From Alphaproteobacteria bacterium (GTDB lineage: Bacteria > Pseudomonadota > Alphaproteobacteria > JABAAW01): a stretch of 64,000 nucleotides of DNA. Positions within the stretch are counted from its first letter, which is position 1. Each line of letters opens with the position of its first letter. Under the pieces are notes generated by a model, which made no database searches, was not told where the DNA came from, and was given only the letters and a program-made list of their open reading frames with translations. This document shows positions 6,899 to 16,561 of this stretch, in pieces. Location of the stretch: the NCBI GenBank assembly GCA_965216605.1, contig CBDCGG010000002.1, positions 239,645-303,644 on the forward strand, in the 5' to 3' direction. The position numbers and the translations under genes were made by a program.

Positions 6899-9322
6899 AT
6901 GAACTACATGCACTACAAATCCACGCGCGGGGGCGAGAAAAAAACCTTCGCGGATATTCTCAGTAGCGGTCTTGCTGCGGACGGCGGTCTGTACGAGCCT
7001 ACGAGTTGGCCGCACCACCGACGGCTACGAAGTTTCTTAGCGAGCGGCCCCACCTTCCCTGAGGTCGTGGGAGCGGTTGTGGGCGTTTTCGCCGGACGGC
7101 GCAGTTTGACGCATCTTGATTTTACGGCGATTGCTCGCAAGGCCTTTGAACCTTTTCACAGCCGCGCTGTCGTGCCTCTGCGCGAGGTGGAGCATAATCT
7201 TTGGCTGCTCGAACTTTTTCACGGACCGACGCTCTCGTTCAAGGATATTCCGTTGCAATTCTACGGACAGCTTCTGGAAGCCCTTGCGTCCGAGAGGAAA
7301 CGGCTGCTGATTATGATCGGCGCAACATCGGGCGACACGGGCTCTGCCGCCATCGAGGCGATGAAACCCGTTCGCGGCGTGCGATTGTTCATGCTGCATC
7401 CGAAGGATCGTATCTCTGCGTTGCAGCGCAAGCAAATGACAAGCGTCCAATCCCCGAACATCTGCAACATCGCCGTCGAGGGCAGCTACGACGATTGCCT
7501 CCGTCTGGTCAAGGCGGCGGCGCAATCGGAGGCGATCAACGCGCGCGGACAGGTCTCGGCGGTCAACTCTTTCAATTGGATTCGCATTGCCGTGCAAAGC
7601 GCTATCTACCTCTACGCAGCCCAACAGATTCCGCGACGCGCCAAGTCGGTGCGCTTTGCGCTCGCCAGCGGCAACTTCGGCAACGCTTACGCCGGCTATG
7701 TTGCCAAAAAGCTGGGTGCGAACATCGAGGGTCTTACGCTCGCGGTCAGTCACAACGACTTCCTGCATAACCTTTTTCAACAAGGCTCTGCTGCAAGCGG
7801 CGAGGTCGTCCCCAGCCTTGCGCCCAGCATCGACATCATGACGCCGAACAACGTCGAGCGATTGCTCTTCCGCAGCCTTGGCGACAGCGCGCGCCAATGG
7901 AGCAAGGTGCGCGAACAAGCGGAAGAAAGCGGGACGCTCCGCGTGCCGAAAGGCGCGTTGCGTTCGGAGATCTTTCGCTTTTTCCGCACGCAACGTTTCG
8001 ACGACGAGCAAATTCTCGAAGCAATGAGCCAAGCCTACGACAGCGTCGGAGAACCCCTTGACCCCCATTCTGCCATTGCGCTCAAGGCGGCAAAGGATGC
8101 GAGCTTCGAGAAGGAAAAGCAGGCGAAAAAGAAAAAGGCGCACGATATGTGCACCATCGCCCTTGCCACTGCTTCTGCGGCGAAGTTTCCTGAGACGGTG
8201 GAGCGCGCGATCGGGGCAAGACCGCACATGCCCTTGAGGCTTGCCGAGCTCGAGACGAGGGCGGAGGAGTACGAGACAATCGCTGCCGACTTCGAGGCGC
8301 TAGAAAGCATTATTGTTGCGCGATTGCAAAAACCTCTCGATTCGGACGCAAGTGTTCAGGATGCAAGTGTTCAGGATGCAAGCGTTCAGGCGGCAAGCGT
8401 TCAGGCCGCAAGCGTTCAGGAACCTGCAAGCGTTCAGGATGCAAGCGTTCAACCTGCGGAGGGACTTGCCGCAACCGCTGCGGGCTCGGCGACAATTGCC
8501 GAGGACGCTGTGGCAAGCGAAACAGCGTTAGAGGTAGCGCAAGAGGACGAGGAGAAGCGCGAGGAGGGAGAGGACGAAAATTTGGCAGGAATGCCCGAAA
8601 AGATGTCCGAGGCGAATCTTGCCATGGGTACTGCATCCGCCCTCTTCTCTTCGGTACAGCCTCCAGAGATGCCTGCTGTAGCTGCGTTGACGGATGAGGA
8701 AGATTCGTTAGAGAAGAAGATCGCCAAACTGAAAGAACAGACGGCGCAACTCGACGAGAGTCTCGACGATCCTATGACTGCTGCTTCCTCGTCTTTGACG
8801 AGCGATCCTTTCGCCGCTCCTTCCGCCGCAGATTTCTCAGCCACCTCTAGCTTGGAGGACACGCCGAGGGAGAGCGATCCTTTTGCGACACCCCTCCCCT
8901 CTCAGCAAGAAGACGAAACGCAAGAAGACGAGCAGACAGATTTCTCTGCAGAAATAGGAACGACAGAAACAGAAACGACGATGGAAACGATGGGAAGCGA
9001 CGGCGGCGATGATGGCATGGTTTCGTTGGCTGACGCGGCGGAGCAGGGGCAGGCATCGTTGCAAGAGAAGATCGCCAAGTTGAAAGAGCAGAGCGAGAAG
9101 CTTGATGAGGTAGCGGAGACGCCATACTCGCCTTTCGAGGAAGCAAAGGAGGAGACGAGCGAGATCGTTGGGGCAGAGAATTTCTTCTCTCAACCTGCGC
9201 CTCCATCTCAAAATGAGGCTGTCGAATCGAGCGAAACATCTTCTACGGCATCTTCTACGACACCCTCTACGACACCTTCTTGGGAAACACCTCTGGCGGA
9301 AGATCAGGAAGAAAAAACTTAA
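6899..9322 (+). CDS. thrC: threonine synthase (ThrC) fused in-frame to about 330 aa of acidic, repeat-rich low-complexity C-terminal tail
   Basis: MNYMHYKSTRGGEKKTFADILSSGLAADGGLYEP... is the ThrC N-terminal signature. The PLP fold continues to about residue 470 (..SAAKFPETV..). The frame then stays open through (DASVQ)x7, a duplicated KIAKLKEQ(T/S)xxLDE block and a long D/E/S/T-rich region to the stop at 9322. Confidence 0.8.
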   Translation: MNYMHYKSTRGGEKKTFADILSSGLAADGGLYEPTSWPHHRRLRSFLASGPTFPEVVGAVVGVFAGRRSLTHLDFTAIARKAFEPFHSRAVVPLREVEHNLWLLELFHGPTLSFKDIPLQFYGQLLEALASERKRLLIMIGATSGDTGSAAIEAMKPVRGVRLFMLHPKDRISALQRKQMTSVQSPNICNIAVEGSYDDCLRLVKAAAQSEAINARGQVSAVNSFNWIRIAVQSAIYLYAAQQIPRRAKSVRFALASGNFGNAYAGYVAKKLGANIEGLTLAVSHNDFLHNLFQQGSAASGEVVPSLAPSIDIMTPNNVERLLFRSLGDSARQWSKVREQAEESGTLRVPKGALRSEIFRFFRTQRFDDEQILEAMSQAYDSVGEPLDPHSAIALKAAKDASFEKEKQAKKKKAHDMCTIALATASAAKFPETVERAIGARPHMPLRLAELETRAEEYETIAADFEALESIIVARLQKPLDSDASVQDASVQDASVQAASVQAASVQEPASVQDASVQPAEGLAATAAGSATIAEDAVASETALEVAQEDEEKREEGEDENLAGMPEKMSEANLAMGTASALFSSVQPPEMPAVAALTDEEDSLEKKIAKLKEQTAQLDESLDDPMTAASSSLTSDPFAAPSAADFSATSSLEDTPRESDPFATPLPSQQEDETQEDEQTDFSAEIGTTETETTMETMGSDGGDDGMVSLADAAEQGQASLQEKIAKLKEQSEKLDEVAETPYSPFEEAKEETSEIVGAENFFSQPAPPSQNEAVESSETSSTASSTTPSTTPSWETPLAEDQEEKT
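8345..8452 (+). repeat. 15-bp in-frame tandem repeat x7 (gaYgcaagYgttcag, encoding DASVQ) inside the thrC tail
   Basis: Seen directly in sequence. Confidence 0.9.
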
Positions 9323-9350
9323 GCCCTTTGATTGACGAATGCAAAACATC

Positions 9351-9404
9351 GCGTGCGTAGCGCGCGTTCGTTTACTCGTCAAAACGCGAGTCCCGTTTTT
9401 TTGG
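9351..9404 (+). repeat. partial copy (3' end) of the dispersed hairpin-rich element (see 42612-42858), directly after the thrC stop; ends in CCCGTTTTTTT
   Basis: gcgtgcgtagcgcgcgttcgtttactcgtcaaaacgcgagtcccgtttttttgg aligns to the 3' end of copy A (gcgcgcaagcgcgcgttcgtttacgcgtcaatgcgcgagtcccgttttttgg). Confidence 0.7.
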
Positions 9405-9457
9405 ACACTGCCGCTATCTGTTACAAAGTTAAAAAGCGATCAAAGCGATCAAAGCAA

Positions 9458-12391
9458 TCAAGCCGCCCAGTTCTCCCCAATCCGATAGTCCACCTCCAAA
9501 ACAACCGACAACATCTGTTGCGGCTCAGCGGCGCGTTGCATAATCTCCTGAACAGCCCGCGCACTCGCCTCCGCTGTCCCCCGCGGTGCCTCCAAAACAA
9601 TCTCGTCATGAACCTGCAAAAGCATGCGCGTGCCATACAAAGCATGCGTCTTCTGCCCCAAAGCGCGGTGAATGCGAATCATCGCCTGCTTGACAATGTC
9701 CGCCGCCGTTCCCTGTATCGGCGCGTTGATCGCCTGCCGCTCAGCATGCAAACGCATGTTCTGCTTGCGATCAGCAATCAAAGGTAGGTGAATCTTCCTG
9801 CCAAACAATGTTTCGACATAACCCCGCTTACGACAAAGCTCGACGGTTTTCGCACGATAGTCTCTGAGCTGAGGGTAACGAGCAAAGTAGAGGGCAATCA
9901 AATCCTGCGCCTCCGCCTCGCCTATACCCAACTGCTTCGACAAGCCAAAGCGCGAGATGCCATAAAGCAATCCGAAGTTCACCGCCTTGGCAGCCCGACG
10001 CTGCTCCTTAGATATTTCTTGAGAAACTTTTTTTCCTTTTGCGCCAAACATTTCCTCTGCGGTTGCCTGATGGATATCGCGTCCTTCTGCGAAGCTTTCC
10101 AACATACCCTCGACGGAGGCGATGGCGGCGACGAGGCGCAGTTCTATCTGCGAATAATCCAACGACACTAAAGCGAATCCCTTCTCTGCGATGAATGCAC
10201 TGCGGATGCCGCGCCCTTCCTCGTTGCGCACGGGAATGTTTTGCAAGTTCGGCTCGGAGGAAGCGAGCCGTCCCGTCTGCGCGCCGCTCAAAGAAAATGA
10301 GGTGTGGATGCGTCCCGTCGCCACTTGCACCTCGCGCGGTAGTGCCTCGGTATAGGTCGAGCGCAACTTCGAGATATGCCGCCATTGCAAGACCTGTTCT
10401 GCGATCTCGTGTCCCTGCTCTGCCAAACCCTCCAAAACACGGCTGTCGGTCGCATACTGCCCGCTCGGTGTCTTCTTAGCTCCCTTCAGCTTGAGACGCT
10501 CGAACAGCACTTCTCCCAACTGCTTCGGCGACGAGAGCAAAAAATCTCCTCCTGCCAAGGCGACGATCTGTTTTTCTAACGCGCTTGTCTGCTTTTCAAA
10601 GCGCGCGCTCAAAGCTTGCAAGACATCCACATCGATCAGCACTCCGCAGCGTTCCATAGCGACGATCACCGGAATCAGAGGACGCTCCAAAGTCTCGTAG
10701 ACCTGCTTACCGCCCTCGTGCAGCAGACGCGGAGAAAAAATTTCGTGCAAGCGTAGCGTAGCCCAAGCGTCCTCTGCGGCGTAAGCGCTCGCCGCCTCGA
10801 TCGAAACGCGATCGAAGCAGACCGCCTTGCGCCCTGTGCCGACGATCTCCTTGTAGCGCGTCAAGCGATGCTGCGCATGCTTATCTACGAGCAGGTCCAA
10901 GCCGTGTCCATGCTTACCGCCGTCAAGCACCGCCGACATCAGCAGCGTATCGTCGCAAGGTGTTATTTCTAGTGCGTATTTTTGCAAGATCGCTGCGTCG
11001 AATTTCAAATTATGTCCGACCTTGAGCGTCGCGCGATCTTCCAACAGAGGCTTCAAGACAGCCAAAGCTTCGTCGAGCGCGATCTGCTGCTCTAATAAAT
11101 TTCCGTCAGCATCGCGATGCGCCAACGGCAGATAGGCAGCGCGCTTGCTTACAGAAGAGTCCGCAGAATAGTCCGCAGAATATTCTATGCACATTGCAAC
11201 GCCGACTAGTTCTGCCGCGATGATATTCAACCCCGTCGTCTCGACATCGATCGCTAGGCAACCTTGCTCTCGTGCTTTGTTGCAAAAATCTTCTAAGGCT
11301 TTTTTATCGCGCAAGGTCTCGATACTGTGGGGAGGGCTTTGTGCCTCGCCCTCCTTGCCCTGCTCACCCTGCTCGCCCTGCTCGCCCTGCTCACCCTGCT
11401 GTGCGTGGAGCAGGCTGTTCAAGCCCTGCTTATATTGCGCTTGGTGCGAATCCAAGTCGCGTACTAATGAGCGAAACTCCTGTTGTTGGAAGAAGGCGCG
11501 CAGCTTCTCGCGTTCGGGACGCGGAGCTTCTAGTGTCTCCAAGGAGAGCGGACAGGGCGCGTCGTCGGCAAGGGATACCAAGTTATAACTTAGGCGCGCT
11601 TGCTCTGCGTGTTGTTGCAACGCCTCGCGCCGTTTAGGCTGAGTGATCTCTGCTGTCCTTGCCAATAAGGACTCCAGGTCTCCGAAGCGCTGGATGAGCT
11701 CGGCTGCGGTTTTGACCCCGATGCCCGGCACGCCCGGCACATTGTCGCTGCTGTCGCCTGCGAGTGCCATTACATCGCGTACTTTGTTCGGCGGCACGCC
11801 GAATCGTTGCTGTACGGAAGCCTCGTCGATGACGACTCCCTTGACGGGGTCGCGCAAGAACAGCTGTCCGTCTTCGACGAGCTGCATCATGTCTTTGTCG
11901 GAAGAGCACACCTCGACGCGCCAGCCCTTGTCGCGCGCCAAGCGAGCGTAGAGGGCGATGAGGTCGTCCGCCTCGAAGCCTTGCTGCTCTACATTAGGCA
12001 TGGAGAAGGCTTCGGCTGCCGCGCGCACGAGGGGAAATTGCGCCTTGAGTTCAGGCGGTGTCTCGCTGCGGTTCGCCTTGTAGGCGGGGTAGAGCGTGTT
12101 GCGAAAGCTCTTGCCCTTGGCATCGAAGACGACGAGGAAACGTTGCTGCGGACGCTCCCGCAACAGCTGCGCGAGCATGCGCGTAAATCCGTAGAGCGCG
12201 CCTACGGGCGTACCGTCCGCGCGCGCCATCGGCGGCAGGGCGAAGAAGGCGCGAAAGACATAGCCGTAGGCATCGATCAGCGTCAAATCCGATGCGGGTT
12301 GCGTCGGCGGAGTTTGTGGCTGCGAGGATTGTGGCTGCGAAGTTTGCGTCTGCGAGTTGTCGCCGCGTGGGCTTGGCTGTTCTGCCACCAA
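9458..12391 (-). CDS. polA: DNA polymerase I (PolA)
   Basis: 977 aa with 5'-3' exonuclease N-terminus (LIDAYGYVFRAFFALP), 3'-5' exonuclease and Klenow polymerase motifs (RRAAKAVNFGLLYGIS, LLQVHDEIVLE). Contains an in-frame (GEQ)x4 repeat insertion and a Q/P/S/T-rich N-terminal extension. Confidence 0.9.
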   Translation of the reverse strand: MVAEQPSPRGDNSQTQTSQPQSSQPQTPPTQPASDLTLIDAYGYVFRAFFALPPMARADGTPVGALYGFTRMLAQLLRERPQQRFLVVFDAKGKSFRNTLYPAYKANRSETPPELKAQFPLVRAAAEAFSMPNVEQQGFEADDLIALYARLARDKGWRVEVCSSDKDMMQLVEDGQLFLRDPVKGVVIDEASVQQRFGVPPNKVRDVMALAGDSSDNVPGVPGIGVKTAAELIQRFGDLESLLARTAEITQPKRREALQQHAEQARLSYNLVSLADDAPCPLSLETLEAPRPEREKLRAFFQQQEFRSLVRDLDSHQAQYKQGLNSLLHAQQGEQGEQGEQGEQGKEGEAQSPPHSIETLRDKKALEDFCNKAREQGCLAIDVETTGLNIIAAELVGVAMCIEYSADYSADSSVSKRAAYLPLAHRDADGNLLEQQIALDEALAVLKPLLEDRATLKVGHNLKFDAAILQKYALEITPCDDTLLMSAVLDGGKHGHGLDLLVDKHAQHRLTRYKEIVGTGRKAVCFDRVSIEAASAYAAEDAWATLRLHEIFSPRLLHEGGKQVYETLERPLIPVIVAMERCGVLIDVDVLQALSARFEKQTSALEKQIVALAGGDFLLSSPKQLGEVLFERLKLKGAKKTPSGQYATDSRVLEGLAEQGHEIAEQVLQWRHISKLRSTYTEALPREVQVATGRIHTSFSLSGAQTGRLASSEPNLQNIPVRNEEGRGIRSAFIAEKGFALVSLDYSQIELRLVAAIASVEGMLESFAEGRDIHQATAEEMFGAKGKKVSQEISKEQRRAAKAVNFGLLYGISRFGLSKQLGIGEAEAQDLIALYFARYPQLRDYRAKTVELCRKRGYVETLFGRKIHLPLIADRKQNMRLHAERQAINAPIQGTAADIVKQAMIRIHRALGQKTHALYGTRMLLQVHDEIVLEAPRGTAEASARAVQEIMQRAAEPQQMLSVVLEVDYRIGENWAA

Positions 12392-12395
12392 AGTT

Positions 12396-13811
12396 CTAGC
12401 GCGAGGGTAGGGTTATGATGTCGTCGATTCGCCCTGCTTGCAAATGCTCGAAGGAGGATTGCAACAACGATCCTAGCGGACGGACGCGCGGTCCTGTGGG
12501 TTCCATCAAGACATAGGTTTTTCCCTGATGGGTGTAGGATGCCTCTCCCTCAAGCGGCTGCATCTCGACACCCAAGAAGGCGTGTTTGGGAACAAGAAAG
12601 ATCGCAACGGAGCGGTCTTCCGCCAGCAGACCAAGGAGTCCCATCATGGCAGTCGATTTAGAATCGCAGTCGCCCTTGTTTTGGGCAAGCATCTCCAACG
12701 GCGGCGAAAAGCCGATGAAGCCACGCACCTTGCCTTGCGTCAGATCGTTATAAGGAATGTTCTGAAAGAAGTGCAAAACCTCGGCAACCCGCTCGCGCTC
12801 GCTTTTGCCCTTGAAGGTCGCGCGAAAGGCGCGCGCGACAGGACGCAGACGCTCCTGCGCTTGGATTGCGATGCGTGCGTAATCGATCAGCGTTCGATCC
12901 GCTTGCTTCTTCGACGGGAGAAGATAGTGCAGGGCGTAGAACTGGGATTTTTTGATCTTCATGTCGGCGATGACTTCCTTGCGCGCCAAGGATAGGCGTT
13001 CAGAAGTCTGTGCGAGCAAGGCACGAGCGCGCTCCTGGCTACCCTCGTTAAACTTTTTCACTTCCACCATGTCGCTTTTGTGACGCGCGAGACGCGAGCG
13101 CAAACGCGCGTTCGTCTCGCTGATAGTTTGGGAGGCACGCGCGCGTGTGCCTGTGTCGTAGGTGCGCTTCTCGTTTTTCAAAGGAAACTTGATGCCGCCC
13201 GCTTCCCTGACCACTCTGAACCGCAAGCCTTCGGGCAAGGTGGCGTTTGCTTGAGCGACGATCGTCTCTAGGTCGGCGTAGAACTTTTTCAATATGTCGT
13301 CCGTGTTGCGAGCAAAGCTCATTCCGGGCAGCAGCGACGAGATTCGGATATCCAACAGATTCTCTCCTGCCAGTTGCAGTTTCAAATCCAGCGTCGAGGG
13401 CTCTTTGAGCGTCATGGAAACAACCCTTGAGCCGAGCCTGCCGTTGAAGGTTGCGATCGATGTTTGCAGAGAGGCTATTCCCGCATCGAATCCCGCTTGC
13501 AAGGCAACGAGGTATTTTGCTGCCGTCTCCTGCCCTGCGAGCAGGATGAAGTCGCTAGCCGCACGATCGAGCGCGGCGTTGTCTAGCAACAAGGCTTGCG
13601 ATTCTTCGATCGTTTTGCGCGGCAAGGCAAAGTCTATCTCCTCGCTGCGCTTTACGCTGTCTTGATAGATGTAGCTAAAGACGATCTTTTGGTCCTTCTC
13701 CTCCTTGTCAAAGTGCAACTGCTTCGCCGCTGAAGATGCAGGGGCAAGCGCACCGCTTGCAAGCAACAGCGACAACAACATCCCGCGCATCGTTTTCTTG
13801 TTCATCGGCAT
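12396..13811 (-). CDS. secreted hypothetical protein with C-terminal transglutaminase-like Cys-His-Asp/Glu core
   Basis: Signal peptide (MRGMLLSLLLASGALAPASSA). C-terminus NKGDCDSKSTAMMGLLGLLAEDRSVAIFLVPKHAFLGVEM...YVLMEPTGP fits G.C....LL..LGI.aR.V....HA...V......DPT of transglutaminase-like cysteine peptidases. Start chosen at an internal Met; 13790 is equally possible. Confidence 0.45.
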   Translation of the reverse strand: MPMNKKTMRGMLLSLLLASGALAPASSAAKQLHFDKEEKDQKIVFSYIYQDSVKRSEEIDFALPRKTIEESQALLLDNAALDRAASDFILLAGQETAAKYLVALQAGFDAGIASLQTSIATFNGRLGSRVVSMTLKEPSTLDLKLQLAGENLLDIRISSLLPGMSFARNTDDILKKFYADLETIVAQANATLPEGLRFRVVREAGGIKFPLKNEKRTYDTGTRARASQTISETNARLRSRLARHKSDMVEVKKFNEGSQERARALLAQTSERLSLARKEVIADMKIKKSQFYALHYLLPSKKQADRTLIDYARIAIQAQERLRPVARAFRATFKGKSERERVAEVLHFFQNIPYNDLTQGKVRGFIGFSPPLEMLAQNKGDCDSKSTAMMGLLGLLAEDRSVAIFLVPKHAFLGVEMQPLEGEASYTHQGKTYVLMEPTGPRVRPLGSLLQSSFEHLQAGRIDDIITLPSR

Positions 13812-13965
13812 CGTTTTTTTGTCCGTTCCATTGCTTGCGAAGTATAGCAAAGGACGACCGCCGTGCATCCGTTTTTTGAGAGCTGTTTGTCTGATCCTCG
13901 AAGCTTGTGCTAGGGTGAGAGCTACAACCTAGGCGACCGACAATAGCAACACGAGTTCTCCCGCC

Positions 13966-15333
13966 ATGAAGATCGGTGTCCGCCGCTCGCAATACTTTCT
14001 GCCGACGCTGCGCGAAGAGCCTGCGGAAGCCTCGATAGTTTCGCACCGCTTGATGCTGCGCGCGGGAATGATTCGCCAAGCGAGCGCGGGGCTGTACAAC
14101 TGGTTGCCGCTGGGCTTTCGCGTCATGAAGAAGATCGAATCGCTCGTGCGCTTGGAGCAAGACCGTATCGGCGCGCACGAGTGCCTTATGCCGACGATTC
14201 AATCGGCAGAGCTGTGGAAGAAGTCGGGACGCTACGACGACTACGGCAAAGAGATGCTGCGCATCACCGATCGCCACGATGCTCCCCTGCTGTACGGGCC
14301 GACGAACGAAGAGGCGATCACGCAACTCTTCGCCGAGACGGTTAAAAGCTACAAGGATCTACCGTGCCGTCTGTATCATATCCAGTGGAAGTTCCGCGAC
14401 GAGATTCGTCCTCGCTTTGGGGTGATGCGCGCGCGCGAGTTTTACATGAAGGACGCCTATTCCTTCGATGCGGACGAGGAGCAGGGGATGGCTTCGTATC
14501 GGGCGATGGCGGTCTCGTACCTGCGCCTCTTCGAACGCATGGGGATGACAGCCGTGCCGATGCGCGCCGAGACAGGTCCGATCGGCGGCGACAACAGCCA
14601 CGAGTTCGTCGTCTTGGCAGAGACGGGCGAGAGTGCCGTCTATTGCGACCAAACCCTTTTGGAACAAAGATGGCAGGACGCTTCAGGCAATGATGCCAAG
14701 ACGCACAAAGAGATGTTTGCTCGCGCCACCTCCTGCTACGCCGCGACCGACGAGGAACACGATGCCGAGCGATTCGCCAAGGATGTTCCCGCCGCGCGCA
14801 GGGTTGAAACCCGCGGCATCGAGGTGGGACATGTCTTCTTCTTCGCCGACAAATACTCGCGTCCGCTGGAGGCTAAGGTGGCAACCCAACAAGGCACAAA
14901 CATTCCTGTTGCCATGGGCTCGTACGGGGTGGGCATTTCGCGGCTGGTCGCCGCCGCCATCGAAGCCTCGCACGATGCGAACGGCATCGTGTGGCACGAT
15001 TCGATCGCCCCATTCGCGGTAGGCTTGGTCTCGCTTGCGTTGGACGAGAAAGATCAAGATGAGGCAGAAAAACTCTACAAAAAACTTTGCCTTGAGGGTA
15101 TCGAGACGCTCTACGACGACCGCCTTGACGCACGCGCGGGCGTGAAACTCAAGGACATGGACTTGATCGGGTTGCCGTGGCAGATCGTCGTCGGCGGCAA
15201 GAATGCCCAAAACAGCGTCGAGCTGAAACGACGCGATGGCAACAAAAAACAAATCCTACCGCTGGACGAGGCACTCGTAAAGATACGAGAAAGCCTAAAA
15301 CAAACTAGGTGTCATGATTCCGTCTTCGACTGA
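13966..15333 (+). CDS. proS: prolyl-tRNA synthetase (short alphaproteobacterial type)
   Basis: 455 aa; class II aaRS motifs; N-terminus MKIGVRRSQYFLPTLREEPAEASIVSHRLMLRAGMIRQ typical of ProRS. Confidence 0.9.
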   Translation: MKIGVRRSQYFLPTLREEPAEASIVSHRLMLRAGMIRQASAGLYNWLPLGFRVMKKIESLVRLEQDRIGAHECLMPTIQSAELWKKSGRYDDYGKEMLRITDRHDAPLLYGPTNEEAITQLFAETVKSYKDLPCRLYHIQWKFRDEIRPRFGVMRAREFYMKDAYSFDADEEQGMASYRAMAVSYLRLFERMGMTAVPMRAETGPIGGDNSHEFVVLAETGESAVYCDQTLLEQRWQDASGNDAKTHKEMFARATSCYAATDEEHDAERFAKDVPAARRVETRGIEVGHVFFFADKYSRPLEAKVATQQGTNIPVAMGSYGVGISRLVAAAIEASHDANGIVWHDSIAPFAVGLVSLALDEKDQDEAEKLYKKLCLEGIETLYDDRLDARAGVKLKDMDLIGLPWQIVVGGKNAQNSVELKRRDGNKKQILPLDEALVKIRESLKQTRCHDSVFD

Positions 15334-16561
15334 GCGCTTTGTCGCGTGGCGTTATCTGCGTGCGCCGCGCAACGAGGGTGTCATCACGCTGACGAGCGTC
15401 TTTGCCTTGGTGGGGATTGCGCTGGGTGTTGCGACCTTGATCGTCGTCACCTCGGTGATGAACGGTTTCCGCGAAGAGCTGTTCGAGCGCATGCTGGGCT
15501 TTACCGCCGAAGCCTCGATCACAGCCCCTGGCGACAAGATAGACGATCCTGAGCAATGGAGCGCGCGGGCGCGGGAAGACAAACAAGTGCGCTCTGCCAC
15601 CTCGCTGGTAGAGGGGCAGGCTTTGTTGAGCGTGCGCGGCTATTCGACGGGCGTGTTGTTGCGTGGGCTTGCTGCTAGTAGCTTGCCGCACAAGCCGCGC
15701 TTGTTCGGCTCGCTCACTGCTGCGGAGCGCGCCGCCTTTGCCGAAGAGGGGGGTGCGCTGATCGGCGAACAGCTGGCGTTGCGACTGGGACTTGAGTTGG
15801 CAGACAACCTTGTCATCCTTGTACCGCAAGGCGTGCCTACCGCCTTCGGCAGCCTGCCGAACGAGGCGACGCTGCCGCTAGTGGGTATCTTCAAAACTGA
15901 AATTTACGAATACGACAACGGCTTTGTGCTGCTGCCGCTTGCGCGTGCGCAAAACCTTCTCGGCTACGGAGAGAGCGTAGATGCGATCGAGCTCAGGCTG
16001 GAGCGTCCCGAACAAGCCGCCGCCGTGCAGGGACGCTTGCAAGAACTGCTGCCCGAAAGGTTGGTCGTGCGCACTTGGCAGGAGCAACACTCCAGCTTGC
16101 ACGAGGCACTCATCGTCGAGCGTAATGTCATGTTTCTCATTCTGACGCTCATCGTGCTGATCGCCGCCTTCAACATCGTCTCAGGGCAGGTCATGTTGGT
16201 GCAAGACAAGCGACAGGGGATCGCCGTGTTGCGCTCGCTGGGCATGAGTCCGAACGGTGTTTTGCGCATTTTCCTTGCGATTGGTTGCTCGATTGGCATC
16301 ACGGGCACTTTCTGCGGTGCGCTGTTGGGGCTGACTTTTGCGAGAAACATCGACTCTATCGAGAGGCTTATCGAGCGTCTTTTCGGCGTCAAGCTCTTCC
16401 CCTTCGATGTCTATTCCTTGCCTTCGCTCCCTTCGCGCATCGAGCCTACCCAAGTCGCGGTGATTATTTCGCTTGCTGTCGCCGTCAGTTTTGCGAGCGC
16501 GCTCTACCCGGCTAGACGAGCTGCTACGCTGTCGCCGATCGACATTCTCCGCAGCTCGTGA
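15314..16561 (+). CDS. lolC: lipoprotein-releasing system permease LolC/LolE (FtsX-like)
   Basis: 415 aa; N-terminal TM segment, periplasmic domain, C-terminal FtsX 3-TM domain. Translationally coupled (GTG overlapping the stop) to the LolD-like ATPase. Confidence 0.8.
   Translation: MIPSSTERFVAWRYLRAPRNEGVITLTSVFALVGIALGVATLIVVTSVMNGFREELFERMLGFTAEASITAPGDKIDDPEQWSARAREDKQVRSATSLVEGQALLSVRGYSTGVLLRGLAASSLPHKPRLFGSLTAAERAAFAEEGGALIGEQLALRLGLELADNLVILVPQGVPTAFGSLPNEATLPLVGIFKTEIYEYDNGFVLLPLARAQNLLGYGESVDAIELRLERPEQAAAVQGRLQELLPERLVVRTWQEQHSSLHEALIVERNVMFLILTLIVLIAAFNIVSGQVMLVQDKRQGIAVLRSLGMSPNGVLRIFLAIGCSIGITGTFCGALLGLTFARNIDSIERLIERLFGVKLFPFDVYSLPSLPSRIEPTQVAVIISLAVAVSFASALYPARRAATLSPIDILRSS

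Noticed and set aside
7037-8227. Long antisense ORFs overlapping well-supported genes (e.g. 7037-8227 minus inside thrC, 5565-6386 minus over udg, 25906-26958 plus over rpoZ/degP, 35553-36050 minus, 63007-63580 minus)
   Set aside because: No recognisable family. They lie opposite genes with strong homology signatures. Long open frames on the antisense strand are expected at 60% GC.
8345-8452. Possible CRISPR arrays among the many tandem repeats (thrC tail, 6701-6773, 28047-28094, 41141-41188, 43481-43522)
   Set aside because: Units are 12-16 bp with no unique spacers between them and no cas genes, so these are simple tandem repeats.
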